NCBI GenBank assembly: GCA_951406725.2
Contig: OX597818.1
Location: forward strand, 12,834,001 to 12,898,000
DNA: 64,000 nucleotides
Source: Octopus vulgaris
Lineage: Eukaryota
Direction: 5' to 3'
The notes under the pieces were generated by a model, which was given only the letters and a program-made list of their open reading frames with translations, searched no databases and was not told the DNA's origin. This document shows positions 12,421 through 26,558 of this stretch, piece after piece. The position numbers and the translations under genes were made by a program. Within the stretch, counting starts at the first letter, position 1; every line of letters starts with the position of its first letter.

Positions 12421-13035
12421 GGAATATTACTGGATTCAGAAGAGCTGCCCCGCATCAGTTAAAAATTATTCATTGTTCTCTTCAAGACATTCGACTAAAT
12501 TACTTTAGAGTATGAATCAATTGATGTAAGGTTTACAAAGATGTAATTGTTGATATGTAACAGGCATAAAATTTACCAGATTTTATACTGAAGTTATCAT
12601 TTGCAAATCGTCAGGTATTTCCTGTTTTTCTTTTCATTTGTTGCCCTGAACGGCTGGTTGAAGTCACCATTATTTATTTTGCTTCAGTATCATTAACTAC
12701 ATATTTTGAAGCGAAGAAAACATAAATTCAATAAGATACAGACATCTTAGCGTTCTTCAAAAAGATATAATTCCATCATTATTTAACTTTTAGTTTGCTA
12801 AAACAATCTCAACTGAAACAATCTAACGTGAAAACAATTGACATAAAATGAAGAACAGTCACATCGTCAATACGAACTGTATCACTCAGCATAAAATCAT
12901 ACAGAAAAAATTGCAAAGTTTTGAGTATGTATTAGGAGAATTGCAGCAGAAGGAAATAGTTCTATGTGTAGCATGCACGATTAAGCATTTGATCTGTTGT
13001 AAATAATGAAGCAGAAGCTGCGACCGGCCCTATTA

Positions 13036-13190
13036 CACCACCACCACCACCACCACCACCACAATATCACCACTATTAACTTCAACAAGAACAAAAGGTA
13101 AAGACGATAGTAACAAGTACTACTAATATTGTCAGTGATGATGATGCTGTTGATGATGATGGTGCTGTGGATGAGGATGAGGATGATAAT
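13036..13190. repeat. (CAC)n and (GAT)n low-complexity tracts
   Basis: Direct reading. Confidence 0.85.
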
Positions 13191-16100
13191 ATTAATATAG
13201 AGAAATGCTGTATATATTAAACAAACGTTTCAGTAAATGATCAAGGAGAACCGATATTTAATAGAAAGCTAAAGTACAGAGAACTTGCAGAAAATAATAG
13301 GCATCCATAAAGAGACAAGTTATAACTACACACAAAAAGGAAGCCGGTTTTCAAATCAAAGAAGATAGTATCAGTTAATGCTATTACACATACAAAACAA
13401 ACCGATTATTAAATCGGAAATAATATGACACAACAGAAACTATAGCAACATGAAAAGAAAAATTTTCAAAGAACAAAGAAAAACGTTAAGATTATAATGG
13501 CATTAATAAGATCGTTGATAATGTACAGAATCAAACAAACAAACATTCTAATATCCAGACACAACTCAATTTAGCAGTCAACTTCAAACAACAAATTACA
13601 GAATAACTCTCGTTAGCATATCAGAACGTAGAAAACACTGAGGTAATTTTTATAAACAATATTAAGCATAATGAATGATTTATCGAGGTATACCATTTTC
13701 CCAACTATAAATTGACATACGTCGTTACGAAATGATCGCTAATTACGATGATAAATACTTTTAAGAAATGTTCTTTTCTCAATAAATTATCCTAACAAAA
13801 TAGCATTACATAATCCAGAAAACTTGACATTAAGGATTATATCTAATAAAGGTAGATTGTATTCTAACATAAGAAAATTACGCCTACAATAAACATAACC
13901 ATAAAACTGTAAATAATATGTGCAACGCAACATCGGCAAAACATTGGCAACATCATCAGCAAAATTCGAAAGCATAGGGCTGGAGATGAGAGAGCTAAAG
14001 GAACTAAAACCAAAAATATACAAGAAAATTGGAACGGGAATGTAGTCTGGAAATAAACGAGAAAATATAACAATCTAAAAGGATAGATAAGTTTTAAAAA
14101 TCACTCGGCATTTCTGCGAGAAACATATATAAACAAACAAATGCTCAGAGTTTGTAAACGGTTATCAAGTAAAACAAAGCATAATGAACAAATAGTGAAA
14201 ATAGTGTGACCATTAAATGAACTGGCTTGTTCTCAACATTTTTTAGATAACATACTCTCTTCTTAGGTTTTAGCTTCACCTACGCAAATAAGCAGCTATA
14301 CAAATCGAAAGCAAGAAGGTAAAAATAGCTTGCATTGGGACTCCTGATATAGAAAGGTAAAGTTAAAAATATCAAAGATAGAGAGAAGACCAAACTCATT
14401 GTTATAGAAGAGATAGAATTACAGTGAAATCTGCTTTCAACTTGAGTAAAACTATACAATGTAGATAAGTCCACAAATTCTTTATTCTCAGATAGCTGAT
14501 AGTATGAGTAATCTGAATGAAGTTGCTATGAAACATTTCATAGGATTCAGCATTTTAAAATTTAGTTATCCAAAATTTGCTTAAGGCAGACACCTCTGGA
14601 AGATAGGCATGTAATATTGATATTAAACCACGTCTCCATACAAAAAGACAGTAATATTTGATATCAATGGACAGGCAGACAAAACTGGAAATTATGTACG
14701 GAACATGGTCATAAAAAGACGTCCACTTTTGTACAAGAAAATTTAACCATGAACAGAAGAGATTCGTAGCTAGCTCTCTTCTTAGTTAAAACCATAATAT
14801 ACTTCTTACTGCGAAGATTATAATGGCCATTTCTACAGAAATATTCTACTTTGAAGAGGAGTTAGTAGTCAGAGACGACGAAGTGCTTTGTTTCTTTGTA
14901 TCGTGTTCTTGTCATGAGTCTAATTACATAATTTGAGTGACTCGGCATTTAATCGTCTGTACAAAACAATTCATTTCTATTTTTATTCCACCGCAATTTA
15001 TTCATTACAGAAATTCCTGTAGTGTTTTTCAAGATTAGAATAATGATCAGATGTATGCATTATATTCTATTTTGGCGGGGTATATTATACATTTGTTGTT
15101 TAGTATTATTATTATTTTTGTGTAAATAGTTATTATCAAAACAACTTCGATTTTTATTAAAGAATTTTGCATTATTTGGAAAGAAATGTACTCTTTGAAG
15201 TTTTTGTTTTAAATCTCTTGATAAATTATTTTTGATACTTCTTTATTGATACCGATCCTGTTTGTCTGCTCACTTTGGAGATATATAGCCTTTACATGAG
15301 CTTCCAGATTATTGATGCAAAATGCAGAGATTAATTATCTGGTTTCCTATATCGGCTTAAACGTTCATTTAACTTTCATATTCTGGCATAGTGTTAGTAT
15401 TTTATTACTGGCGTAACTTGTAATTTTAGACCGGAATTGATTGTAATTTTAATACAATTTATGATTGAATATTCCGAAGTCAGTAAAAATAAATACTATT
15501 AATATCGTGTAATGACGACTAAGTATAATATTAATATTTGAAGGCGTTTTATTTGACTATGAAAGAAGTCAAAGACTTTATCCATTCATTTCTATATATT
15601 AATTCTGATCACTTTCAGATTATCTTTCTATGGGGAAATGACTTCTACCATCTGAATACCAAGCTAAAATCAAATAATGTTTCAGAAATACCACATACCT
15701 TAAGATGGTGAGAAATGAAAGGAAAGAAGGAAAGAAGCAAAGAGGGATCTGAGATCATCTTTCAGAGTTTCAAAATGTATTTAGAAGAAATTCGAGAGAT
15801 TCCTTGGTGAGTGTTTTATATTCTCGAAAAGAAATAAGGAACATCTTATGAGGTTTCAAAAATTAATCAGTGTTTCTGAATATATCAAATAATAACTAGT
15901 AATATCGTATAAACCAATATAAATTTAAGCCAATAAACAGGATCAGCAATTTCTTTACAAATTGATGATTAAAGTAAGGTGTAGTGCTCAAAATGTCCTC
16001 AACTACAAATTAATGGATATACATCATACCTAAATGATGGAACTTGCTTTTCTTACTTTACTAAATCAAATATCACATTTAATATTGTGAGCCATGTATA

Positions 16101-18970
16101 TGCAATAGTTATAGATTCAACTACGCATGTGAGACAACTAGAGCTACCGGATAAAGTAGCATGCAAAACACAAAATATAATGTCTTTTCGAAACTCTTTC
16201 AAAGTGGAGGAAAACATGAGCAGACATATTTCATTTCTCTTCATATGCAATTCCACAAAATCTTGGATTCAGCAACATAGCACCTCCTAGTTCACAAGTT
16301 CCCAACAATGAAACTTGAGAAAAATCCATTAAAGGTTTACAATTTATTAACGGTGTAAGACAACCACCAAAATTTCTAAGATTTATAAGAAAGGCCGAGC
16401 TTACATCAGAGGAAAAATTATTCGAATGAGGAAATATGAGGATCTTCGTTTCTTCTTGTTACGCATTAATTTGGCTGAACCAAATAAGATAAAAAAATAA
16501 TTAGGAATGGGAACAAAATTTAATGAATATATGTGCCTCAAAACAAAAAAAATATTTCATAGCATTACAAATGATAAAACCAAGAGAACTATATCAGCAA
16601 AACATTTACAATGTGCATTGTTCCTAGTGAGGATACATACAACCAAATGTAAGATATATGTGTCCACCGTGATATATCTTATCAAAGTTTACACGTCTGA
16701 ACAACAGAGTAAATCAAAATATTTACAGTTATAAAAGGACACTCCTTTCAAATATTGTAAAAGAATCAATCATGTTTTCTTTCATAAGTATGCATATGTA
16801 TATGTCTGTGTATGTGAGTGTGTGTGTTTATACGTAAGCATACGTATGTGAATGTACATGTATGCATGTGTGTGTGTACCTGGTTGCACGCGACTCTTGG
16901 AAGAGTTAAATGTAGAATCTTCCCACTCATTCTTGCAGAATTAAATATGGTTATATGGTGATTCTGTTGGCGAAAGTTATAGTTAGCCATTGTGTTGGAG
17001 TTGCTCAATGGAGACATATAAACTCAAATTCTATTCAACGGTATACACACAGTCGGTATATAAAATTATATCCTTGTAACATTTGTTTGTTGCTTATTTT
17101 GTATGTCATTATCGTAAAGTTGACATCATATTCGCTTCGAACAAAAAACAATTTCTTCTATGCTTTAGAATAACTGTACAAACACAAGTGGTAGTTAGAA
17201 ATCTTTGACAGGTCATTTACTATTTCATACCGAAGTATTGACATTCATATACCGCTCATCCTGTACATGCCATTCTGTTTCTCGCTCTAAATACATATTA
17301 GTTTTACAAATACACAAATTTGTACACACATATGCTTATGAGGATTTATATATACATGTATATATATATATGCATACATACACACACATACAATCATATA
17401 ACACATACAAACGCACACACAAATACACACACTCATACACATGATGAAATTACATTATATGGCGCACCTTGATGTCTTTAAAGATATCTTCCTATCACGA
17501 TAGTACAAGTGAATGCATTTATATGTCATGTAAACCTTTCATTATACCATTAACTGAAGTCATCCAACTCTGCATTTTCTCTATTCAACTTTCTTTTACA
17601 AATAACAATGCATTTATTTTGCTATTTTTGTCAAAGCAAACATAGTATTATCACTTATTTTTTTATCGTGCATATGCTAATAATTAATTGTATCACTTGA
17701 ATCTCTACATAATATATAATTTTGCAAAACATGCACACAAATACATTATCTACCGACACAGGCACATAGTCGCAGATTGTCTCCATATAAACCACAATTA
17801 TGTGAGTACTCACATGCAAACACGCATACATGCACACACACAGACAGACACAGACACACACACAGACACACATACACACACACACACACACACACATAGC
17901 AATCACATCATATGCAAAAATATAGCTGCAATTTTACTCGTGTGTGTGTGTAAATATATACAAACGAAACGTATGTGTATTAATGCCGGCAAGTACACAT
18001 GCTAAGAGCTTGCACACACTGATATAGTGATATACAGTTCTATATGATGTTTTCCTTTTAAGAAATACAATAAAGTATGCTATATAAAATTTGGAATATC
18101 TTTTGCCAAAGCGTAATTAAGAAACATCCCTTTATTCTAAAATATTCGCAATAATGTTATATGTACTATTATGTATGTTAATATTTTTCACTGAGTTAAT
18201 CTATGTAGTCACGTTGGATGTCTTAACACTTATAATACTGATTATTACAATTAGGAATGCGAAACTTCAGATATGGAAGACGATTCTGAGTTGATATTTT
18301 ATTACATTTTCTTGGGGGCACCATTTAATGAAATCAAAATATATGGCTTACCACGCATATAAACAAACTTACCACTAAGTTGTTGCTGTGTTTCCTCTAA
18401 AGACGTGCTGTTCTCTCACCTGAAATACATAAAGAGATACACGTGAAAAATATAATTTTTATAATGATTTATGCCTAAATGACACTTATGTTTAAAGGAA
18501 ACGTATAGTTTATAATTAAATATTGGAAAGATAGCCAAGAGCTGCCGCGGTAAATCTATAGAGAGAAAAAGAAAAGGTGAATAATACAAATAAAACCTTC
18601 AATCACACTGTCAAGTGAAAAACCTTTATGAAATAGATGAATCTAGTTACCAAATGTAAAGGTAAAATTTTGAACGTATCTGACTGTCATGGTATTAGAA
18701 ATTTATCAAGCAATCAACAATATTTTACCTGAATACGCATACTTACCACAAAAACACAGTAAATGGAAATGCATGCATAATCCTTCTTTAGCAAAGCTGA
18801 TTTATGTGTCCTCAATAAGCACTTTCTGAATATTTTTTTACTAAAATTGTAGAACAATATCATATCTATTTCAAGGCATATAAGGCAAACACACAGTCAC
18901 ACGCACACACTAACTTCCGTACACATAAATATATAACTATATCCACACACATACATATATACGTATATAT

Positions 18971-19032
<62 letters not shown>

Positions 19033-19044
19033 ACATACATATAT

Positions 19045-19415
19045 ACTGTCAGAGCTTTTCTCTCCGCGTTCGCCAACTCTACTCGTTCAGGCTTAGCACC
19101 CCCTTCCTGTTTATTTTCACTGCCCTGTTTTTTGTTGCCAACTTTCTCCCTCCGAAAAATCCCATAATTTATTTAATTTGCTTTCCGGGAGCAACTGTTT
19201 TGTCGAAATCGGATCTTGTCGTTAATTGCTCGACATACGAAGATACACAAACGACAACTGATGAAGGGTCGTTTTTTTTATGTTGCTTGTCTTGTTTTCC
19301 ATTTGTTTCTTTTGTTATTTGCAAAAAAAGGTCGTATTCCATGTTTTGGTATTTCATAATTTATGTTGTTTTCATATCTCATGTTGTTTACGCCCTGTGG
19401 TGTCATGTGCCCGTA
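19045..19415. mobile_element. Unclassified interspersed repeat between (TA)n tracts, possibly a PLE-derived terminal repeat
   Basis: GC-richer island bounded by TA microsatellites; contains aactgatgaaggg; classification is inference. Confidence 0.3.
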
Positions 19416-19474
19416 TATGGACATATATATATATATATATATGTGTGTGTATGTATGTGTGTGTGTGTATACAT

Positions 19475-19523
<49 letters not shown>

Positions 19524-20143
19524 CGCATATTCCCATACGCAAACAAATACAAATATGTACGCGCATATAAGAATATATGAACACTCGCACGTATATACAT
19601 ACATATTTGCTCGTGTGTGCATACTTATAGTTACACACATATATATATATACTTATATAAGTTCAAACATTCATGCATATATGTGGGTGTGTGTATGTAT
19701 TTAATAAATTTTTGAATAATAAATTATATTTAAATAGACACTTCGTGAATTATATAAATTGAAATAAAGATAGGAAGTAACCTTAAAGTACTCTTACAAT
19801 TAAATTGACTCCATTCATGTGATACTCAGTTAATCATACCCCCATTAAATATATAAAAATTTATTTAATATAAGTATATATAATAACCTAAGAAATGAAA
19901 TTCTCGCAACTAAAAAGCAGAAGTTAAATAAATATATTGATTTGGATTCTTACTAATATATATATATCTTTATTTTTATTCCTTTCACATATAAGTCGAG
20001 GATGGTGTAGTAGTCATTATTTATAAAACCAATATAAGTTCCATTAAGGCGAATGGTATTATGACCCACTTCCTCAAAAACAAAACTAGCGATCTGAATG
20101 TATAAATACGTACACACATACATATATACATATTCCTGTGTAT

Positions 20144-20237
<94 letters not shown>

Positions 20238-22094
20238 CTGTGTGTGTGTGTAGTCGTGGTAATGAGTTCAGGGGAAGGCAGCACGAAAGTAAGTGATATC
20301 TATATTATAATGGAGAAAGCTTCTCATTATTTGGGTATGTAACAGTTACTAAAAATAATAAAATAAAGCAATTATTAAAAGCCTGATTGTCTGGAAATTT
20401 TTTATATATTCATGTTCCAAGAAATTTCCTATACTTGCGATTTCTAAATTTTACTGAAATTGTTATCTCCAATTATTCACGAATTTGAATAATCGTAGCA
20501 TTCATTGCGAAGTATTCCGTTTTCATTTCTAAACACTTTTACTCTCTATTTCAATGTTTCCATTTTGAGTTTTAATTCGCTATTTATAAAACCTACAGTT
20601 ATCCGTAATGTAAAAAGATTATTTATTGAATGAATATTTCATTTAATATACCGGTATAATCTTTGCAAAAAGATTAAAATGTAATTTTGTTATTATGGTT
20701 GTTTGGAACTTTATAAACTTTACAACAATAACTATCCGGACCGGTTTGGGCTATTTTTAAACTTAAAAACCACGGTAAAAAATAAACACACGTTTGTAAA
20801 TATTTTCCGAGGAAAAGGGGCACAATTCAAGGGAAATTTGGCTGTTGTTTCTAGTACAACCCAAATCACCCTCCGTCTTCACTCCCACATGTATTGATGC
20901 CTTTTCAATAGTTTTCTCCCATTAGACACATTTTATGGAATTATGATGCCGAAGTGATATTAATGGAATATAAGCGTCAAAATTGAATTGTAATCTAAAT
21001 TTTTATCCTATCTCAATGAAACGAAGACGTGTTTGTGTAAAAAAAAAAATTTCTGATAGAAAAGTATGCTATTTAAATGAATTATCGTTAACATAACTCC
21101 TTTCTTTTAAATCACTGTGAATAAATGCCGGTAATGACCTCTCAGGCTCTCCAATATTTTAATTTATAAACAGAAACAATGATGGGCAGGGAGTGGGGAT
21201 GCAAATTTCATGAGTTTTCAAATGTTCCTTTTTATAACATATAAATGTACTTATGGGGAGAAAAATATTGAAAAACATGAATACATGCGTGAGGAATAAA
21301 GAAACGAGAAGGGTTGTCTTGGGCTGTGCTAGAAACAAAAGCCAAATCTTTAAATCACTCACTTTTAAATCTGAAAATATTAACAATATTTTTTTAAACG
21401 AAATGGCTCCTTCCATAGTTTTAAAGTGCAAAAGAAATTGGGCAAAAAGGGCTCGGAGTGGGATGACGAGAGAGAGGGGGTTGTAAAAAAAAAAAAAAAA
21501 TGTTCATACAAATATATCCTCTCCAACCCCATCATTTCGAATGTTGAAGTTTAAAGAGGATGGGGAAAATCCTCGTCAAAACGGAGTAGTTCTAACTTAT
21601 TTGTTCTTCCTCGTCCGTAACGCCGTTTTACAGAATCTCCTCTCCCCACTCTCTCGGAAAAATTCTTTCCCATAAATCCCAATATACTCTGAAGCCACAA
21701 CATCTGAGCGGTACTTATTGAAACTTTCGTTAAAATATATCCCATTTTCTGGATGCTATGAGGCAACAAAGTCGGAGGTATACACATCTATAGTAATGCC
21801 CTTGTATTTATACGATTTTTCATTTCATGTTTATTTAATTCATTGTTTGCAATGTTCTCCCTTCTCTTTCTCTCTCTCTCCTCTGTCTCTCTCTCTCTCT
21901 CTCTCACACACACACGCTCATACATACACACACAGCTCAGTTTACAGATGAGCTACTGAAATGAAATCTCTATGCTTTGAGATGAGGGGTGGGGGTAAAA
22001 CTTGACAATCTCCCTCATACGTATTTGGACTACCTTGATGTTTGTTTAAAAAGAATGATAATGACTGTGAAGAAATAATTATTTTAAATTATTG

Positions 22095-22290
22095 CCCCAA
22101 GGGCAGCTTGGTGGAGGTGGGGATAAGTCGATTACATCGACACCAGTCTTCAACTGGTACTTCTTTTATCGGCTCCGAAGATTGAAGGGCAAAGTCGACC
22201 TCGGCGGAATTTGAACTCTGAACATAGCGACGGGTGAAATACCCCAAGCAGTTCGTCCAGCCTGCTAATAATTTTGCCATCTCACCGCCT
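22095..22290 (-). mobile_element. SINE family B (MetaSINE-like core), single-core copy
   Basis: ggcaaagtcgacctcggcggaatttgaactc core and ctcaccgcc head shared with the copies at 24006, 49083 and 57621. Confidence 0.85.
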
Positions 22291-22649
22291 TATGACTGTG
22301 ATAAAATAATGGAAGCAATATTTACTAAGCAAGTGAGCACTATTATACAAAGAAATAATTAGACGTAAAACATCATTAAGATTATTAGAATTGGGAATCA
22401 AATGTCAAATTGTTATCATGTAGTTAGGAGAAAACCCCCCGGAAGTCGGTGTTTCTTCTAGTAGGTTTAGATGGAAAAACAGCATAAATGTAACTCAATA
22501 GATAAATATAGATCTGCAAATTATTTCCCTGTAGATTAGCATAAATAACTGAATGACCAATAGTTACTTGGGTTGTAATTATTTAGAGTACATACATGCT
22601 CAAGATATATGTTTACATATATATTTATGTAAATAAATATATGTTTGCA

Positions 22650-22693
<44 letters not shown>

Positions 22694-24005
22694 CATACAT
22701 GTATCTATGTATATGTGACGTATGTATTTTATTTGTACATGGTGATATATTTTGGTTCACTTCTCATACAATCATTTGAGAAATATTCAGGAACAAATCG
22801 AACGATGAGCAAGCGAAGATATATGTGATTATGAGAATATTAATGGTATTTCTGACAGCCAGAATATTTTTCTTTCTACAAAACCCAATTCTTGCTGATG
22901 ACGACGACGGAATTGGCAACAAGCTCTGATAGCTGCTATTTTCGGAAATGAACGAATTACTCACCTAAGTAGAAAACGTTGTTCCAACATGTTCCAGCAA
23001 TTATTCGATAGATAATATATATCAAATAATCTTATAAGAAAATAAAAATGCAAGCAAATAACAGTGGCAAATGTTTCAGTCAGTAAACACACTATTTGTC
23101 TTGCTCTCTTTCTAATGCCTTTATTCAGGCGATATGATTGGAATCTACTCCAAATATGAGGGATCTATTTATATCTCTCCCTAATTTTCTTCTATGAAAT
23201 TTATTTTCATTATCTAAAAGTTGTTTTTGAATTGAAGTTAGTTCTCATGGTAGTGAGGCAAAGGGGTTCTCATGTAATAAAGTTATGTCATTTATGGATT
23301 TTGAAGTGATATATAAAGTATAAATATGGCTGCATATGTTTCCTTAAACATTTCACATTTGGTTATTTGTCTCCATGTCTCCATAAAGACGTTAGACTTT
23401 ACTAGCTCTTACTGTTTGATGAAAATATTGTACTCGCTTAAAAGAAAATGCCTTTTATCTGTTTTCTATTTACCATTATGAGGCACTAGCCAACTGGAGA
23501 TAGTTTGAATGGTCTGGGAGCATATAGCTGACAGACGATTCATTTATGTTTGTAAGTATATGTATGTCTGCATCTGCGCGTGTGTACGAGACACAAATAT
23601 CTCGCGTTATGGAAAAATTAGACGGCGTCTCGCTACAATCATGTCATCCGGATTTAGAATATCTAATAATTAGAACCACATTGTTAAAGTGTACTATATA
23701 ACATATCTATATTGTTAGCAATCAACACTTTGTGATGCATTGATTTTAAGAATGCATTATTTACAATACCATCTTCGACAAGAAATGAGTGTTCATTTCG
23801 TTTCCTCCCTCCTAGGGATGTTTGTCAACAACTGACCAGCGGCCTTTGTATCTAAAATAAATGTGAACCTACTATTATTAATATATATCAAACGGAATAT
23901 GGCTTTCAATGATTGTAACACACATTGGCTAAGAAACCTAGCGATATGTTATATATTACATTGTAGTAATGAAAAGTAATATTGTTAGCACACTAATGTA
24001 TAATA

Positions 24006-24411
24006 TTCTTTTCTTCTCTAGGCACAAGGCCTGAAATTTTCGTGTAGGGGACCAGTCGATTATATTGACCCCAGTGCATAACTGGTACTTATTTAATCGA
24101 CACCGAAAAGATGAAAGATGAAAGGCAAAGTCGACCACGGCGGAATTTGAACTCAGAACGTAACAGCAGACGAAATATATATTTCTTTACTACTTACAAG
24201 GGGCTAAACACAGAGGGTACAAACAAGGACAGACAAACGGATTAAGTCGATTACATCGACCCAAGTGCGTAACTGGTACATAATTTATCGACCCCGAATG
24301 GATGAAAGGCAAAGTCGACCTCGGCGGAATTTGAACTCAGAACGTAACGGTAGACGAAATACGGCTACGAATTTCGCCCGGCGTGCTAACAATTCTGCCA
24401 GCTCGCCGCCT
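24006..24411 (-). mobile_element. SINE family B, dimeric-core copy
   Basis: Head ggcggcgagctggcagaa at the right end; core gatgaaaggcaaagtcgacc..ggcggaatttgaactcagaacgtaac present twice. Confidence 0.9.
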
Positions 24412-24927
24412 TGCTAATGCATAGTATTCGATCAAAGACATATATAAGTATGCGATTTGATTATCTTAAATTTAGATCCTGATAATAGTTAGTTAAGCTG
24501 CGAATTGGTAGTGAGTTAAAACGTAGAGGATGTTAAAAGCAAAAATACTAAGAATTGTTGACATGTTCTTACTTGTATATTATTATTTGACCTAAAGAAT
24601 TTTCACAACATGCATAGCGTCTCAGCACGCAGCGTTGGCCTCTAGATCAAAAATAAATTCTGAGGTATATTTTGAAAGGAAAGAGAACACTATGCAGTCA
24701 CCATGACTTTAATGCTATGACAATATTATTCAAAACTGACGAGCAAAACTAGGTAAGCATCAGATACACTCGCACGTGTTTTCTAACCTAACGGTCAGGA
24801 AAGATAATCCATTAATGTTTACGTATATGAAAGTCATAAACGTGAAATGTACATTTTCCCCTATTATGAAGATTTAGATCGTAGACGTAAGCTATCTAAA
24901 AGACTTTATATTATCAAAACCACTTCA

Positions 24928-25371
24928 ATCTATATATATATAAAAATGAGAATATGTGTATGTCTGTGTGAATCCCTAAAACTTGAAAACTACACAACCA
25001 ATTACTTTCAAATTTTACACATGCCTTACTTAGGATCCATGTAGTGTCATGGCCAAAAATATAACTTCTTGCCTAGGGCGAGCCGATAGCAATATCATAT
25101 CTTCTCCACTATTTCAGTATTACGTGTCATAAGTGAAAGAAAAACATCTCTCTATTGTAATGCCAGATACTTTCACTTTAATACTGAAACTATCAATTAA
25201 AGTGAAACTATTATATAACAGGGATGAACTGTAACTGGTCATCCATTCTGCTAGAAGAAGATCTGCTACGGTCTTATATGCTACACCACTGGTTATAAAT
25301 TCATACTAATCACATTTATATTCGATTTCTAAGCCTTATTATAAATTTAAATTTACATATAAATTTAAATT

Positions 25372-25416
<45 letters not shown>

Positions 25417-25520
25417 ACATATAGATGTATATTTATATATATATAGATGTATACATGTATGTGTAGATGTATATATATATATAGATGTACATGTAATATG
25501 TACACATATATATACACATA
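24928..25520 (+). mobile_element. Non-autonomous Helitron family 2, copy lacking the 3' hairpin/CTAG
   Basis: atctatatatatataaaaatgaga start; aligns with 55262-55690; shares gtgtagatgtat..tagatgtacatgtaatatgtacac with 56345-56390. Confidence 0.75.
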
Positions 25521-25569
25521 TATAAAGATATACATAAATACACCCATACACACATACACACACATACAT

Positions 25570-25885
25570 AGCTGCAGGTGTAGCTGTGTGGTAACAAACT
25601 TGGTTCCAAAACACATGGTCCTCAGTTCAGGCCCACTGTGTGGTAACTTGGCATGTGTTTTCTGCTATAACCTCAGACCAACCAAAGCCTTGTCAGTGGA
25701 ATTTGTAGACAGAAACTGAAAGAGATCAATTGTATATATATATATGTAAGTCTATGTATGTGTCTTTGTGTCTCTCCCTCATCACTGCTTCACAACTGGC
25801 GTTCGCTTATTTACATCCCCATAACTTATTGGTTTCACAAGAAGAAACTGATAGAATAAGTACCAGGCTTATCAAATTTAAGAAA
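25570..25885 (+). mobile_element. tRNA-derived SINE (family A related), tandem copy 1
   Basis: Head gcaggtgtagctgtgtggtaa...gttcaggcccactgtgtgg with A/B-box-like elements; gatagaataagtaccaggct near the 3' end. Confidence 0.85.
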
Positions 25886-26018
25886 ACCCACTAGGCAGTG
25901 TCTCATATTTTGGTTTGCCCACTAAGTTGTATCTATCAATTTATCTTTGTGTGTGTGTATACATACCCATACACACATACACACACACCCACACCCACGC
26001 ACACTCACACACATTCAT

Positions 26019-26355
26019 AGCTGCAGGTGTGGCTGTGTGGTAACAAACTTGGTTCCAAAACACATGGTCCTCAGTTCTGTCCCACTGTGTGGTAACTTGG
26101 CAGGTGTCTTCTACTATAGCCTCAGACCAACCAAAGCCTTGTCAGTGGATTTTGTAGACAGAAACTGAAAGAAATCAATTGTATATATAAGTATGTATAT
26201 ATGCAAGTATATGTAAGTCTATGTATGTGTCTTTGTGTTTCTCCCTCATCACTGCTTCACAACTGGTGTTCGTTTATTTACATCCCCATAAATTACTGGT
26301 TTCACAAGAACAAACTAATAGAATAAGTACCAGGCTTATCAACATAAAAAAGCAC
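26019..26355 (+). mobile_element. tRNA-derived SINE (family A related), tandem copy 2
   Basis: Near-identical to 25570-25885, including the downstream flank. Confidence 0.85.
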
Positions 26356-26424
26356 TAGGCTCATATCTTTGTTTGCCCATTCACTTGTATCTATCAATAT
26401 ATCTTTGTATGTGTTCGTGTGTGT

Positions 26425-26453
26425 ATATATCTATATCTATATCTATTTATCTG

Positions 26454-26542
<89 letters not shown>

Positions 26543-26558
26543 ATATATATATATATAT
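26425..26558. repeat. (CTAT)n/(TA)n microsatellite
   Basis: Direct reading. Confidence 0.95.

Noticed and set aside
13200-14800. Strongly A-rich plus strand suggesting an ancient LINE
   Set aside because: No convincing RT or endonuclease motif recovered; left unassigned
16053-16290. Overlapping 67 aa ORFs on both strands
   Set aside because: No recognisable domain, and length is within chance expectation
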